Shown here: positions 63,655-64,000 of the stretch, piece after piece
How the letters are laid out: every line of letters starts with the position of its first letter
Numbering within the stretch: position 1 is the stretch's first letter
NCBI GenBank assembly: GCA_017403825.1
Contig: JAFRDO010000016.1
Location: 25,814 to 89,813, forward strand
DNA from: Kiritimatiellia bacterium
GTDB taxonomy: Bacteria > Verrucomicrobiota > Kiritimatiellia > RFP12 > UBA1067
Length of the DNA: 64,000 nt
Direction of reading: 5' to 3'
Translations under genes and position numbers: made by a program
The notes under the pieces: generated by a model
The model's database searches: none
Told to the model about the DNA's origin: nothing
The model's input: the letters and a program-made list of their open reading frames with translations, nothing else

Positions 63655-64000
63655 ATGAAGCCGACGCTTGTCGTGCTTGCCGCCGGCATGGGCTCGCGTT
63701 ACGGCGGGCTGAAGCAGGTGGATCCCGTCGGCCCGTCCGGCGAGGCCCTGCTCGACTATTCCGTGTTCGATGCGGTGCGCGGCGGGTTCGGCAAGGTCGT
63801 GTTCGTCATTCGCCGCGACTTCGAGGCCGAGTTTCGCGAGAAGGTTGGGTCGAAGTACGAGGGCATGGTGCCGGTCGAATACTGCTTTCAGGACATTGCA
63901 GACCTGCCTGCCCCGTACTCGGTGCCCGAGGGGCGCTCGAAGCCGTGGGGCACCGCGCATGCGACCCGTGCCGCGCGCTCGGCGGCAAGCGAGCCGTTCG
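63655..64000 (+). CDS. Sugar-phosphate nucleotidyltransferase family protein (partial, runs off window)
   Basis: Not in the ORF track; translates as MKPTLVVLAAGMGSRYGGLKQVDPVGPSGE...KPWGTAHA. Confidence 0.88.
   Translation, partial: MKPTLVVLAAGMGSRYGGLKQVDPVGPSGEALLDYSVFDAVRGGFGKVVFVIRRDFEAEFREKVGSKYEGMVPVEYCFQDIADLPAPYSVPEGRSKPWGTAHATRAARSAASEPF

Overview
GC-rich bacterial chromosomal window with about 52 CDSs and 2 tRNAs. I found no CRISPR array, prophage, rRNA or reverse transcriptase. The style of the secreted proteins suggests a Kiritimatiellae/PVC-type anaerobe, which is inference only. Housekeeping genes are cmk, bioB, fmt, glgB, a pqiC/mlaEFD set, argB/argD, prfB, tsaB/tsaE, purF and nfeD/SPFH. 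They are interleaved with carbohydrate-active enzymes (GH27, GH10, GH28, GH20-like), a hydroxy-acid catabolic cluster and many large secreted proteins. Main signals: (1) Four secreted proteins from two unrelated body types (46-62 kb) all end in the exact 7-residue tag G-x-x-I-x-I-[R/K]-stop. Two are autotransporter-passenger-like but lack a beta-barrel, so this is a candidate undescribed C-terminal sorting or secretion signal. (2) A Y1/HUH REP-associated-type transposase fused to a DprA/SLOG-like domain is wedged between larE and bioB, and several long imperfect intergenic hairpins occur in the window, including a 187-nt rod at 1484-1670. (3) A near-identical 34-bp promoter copy is repeated ahead of secreted-protein genes. 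(4) Extended -10 promoters (TG-N-TATAAT) are widespread and often sit 6-11 nt before a start codon, suggesting leaderless mRNAs. (5) There is an integrase arm-site-like scar at the tRNA-Ala 3' end. All family calls come from motif recognition by eye; no searches were run.
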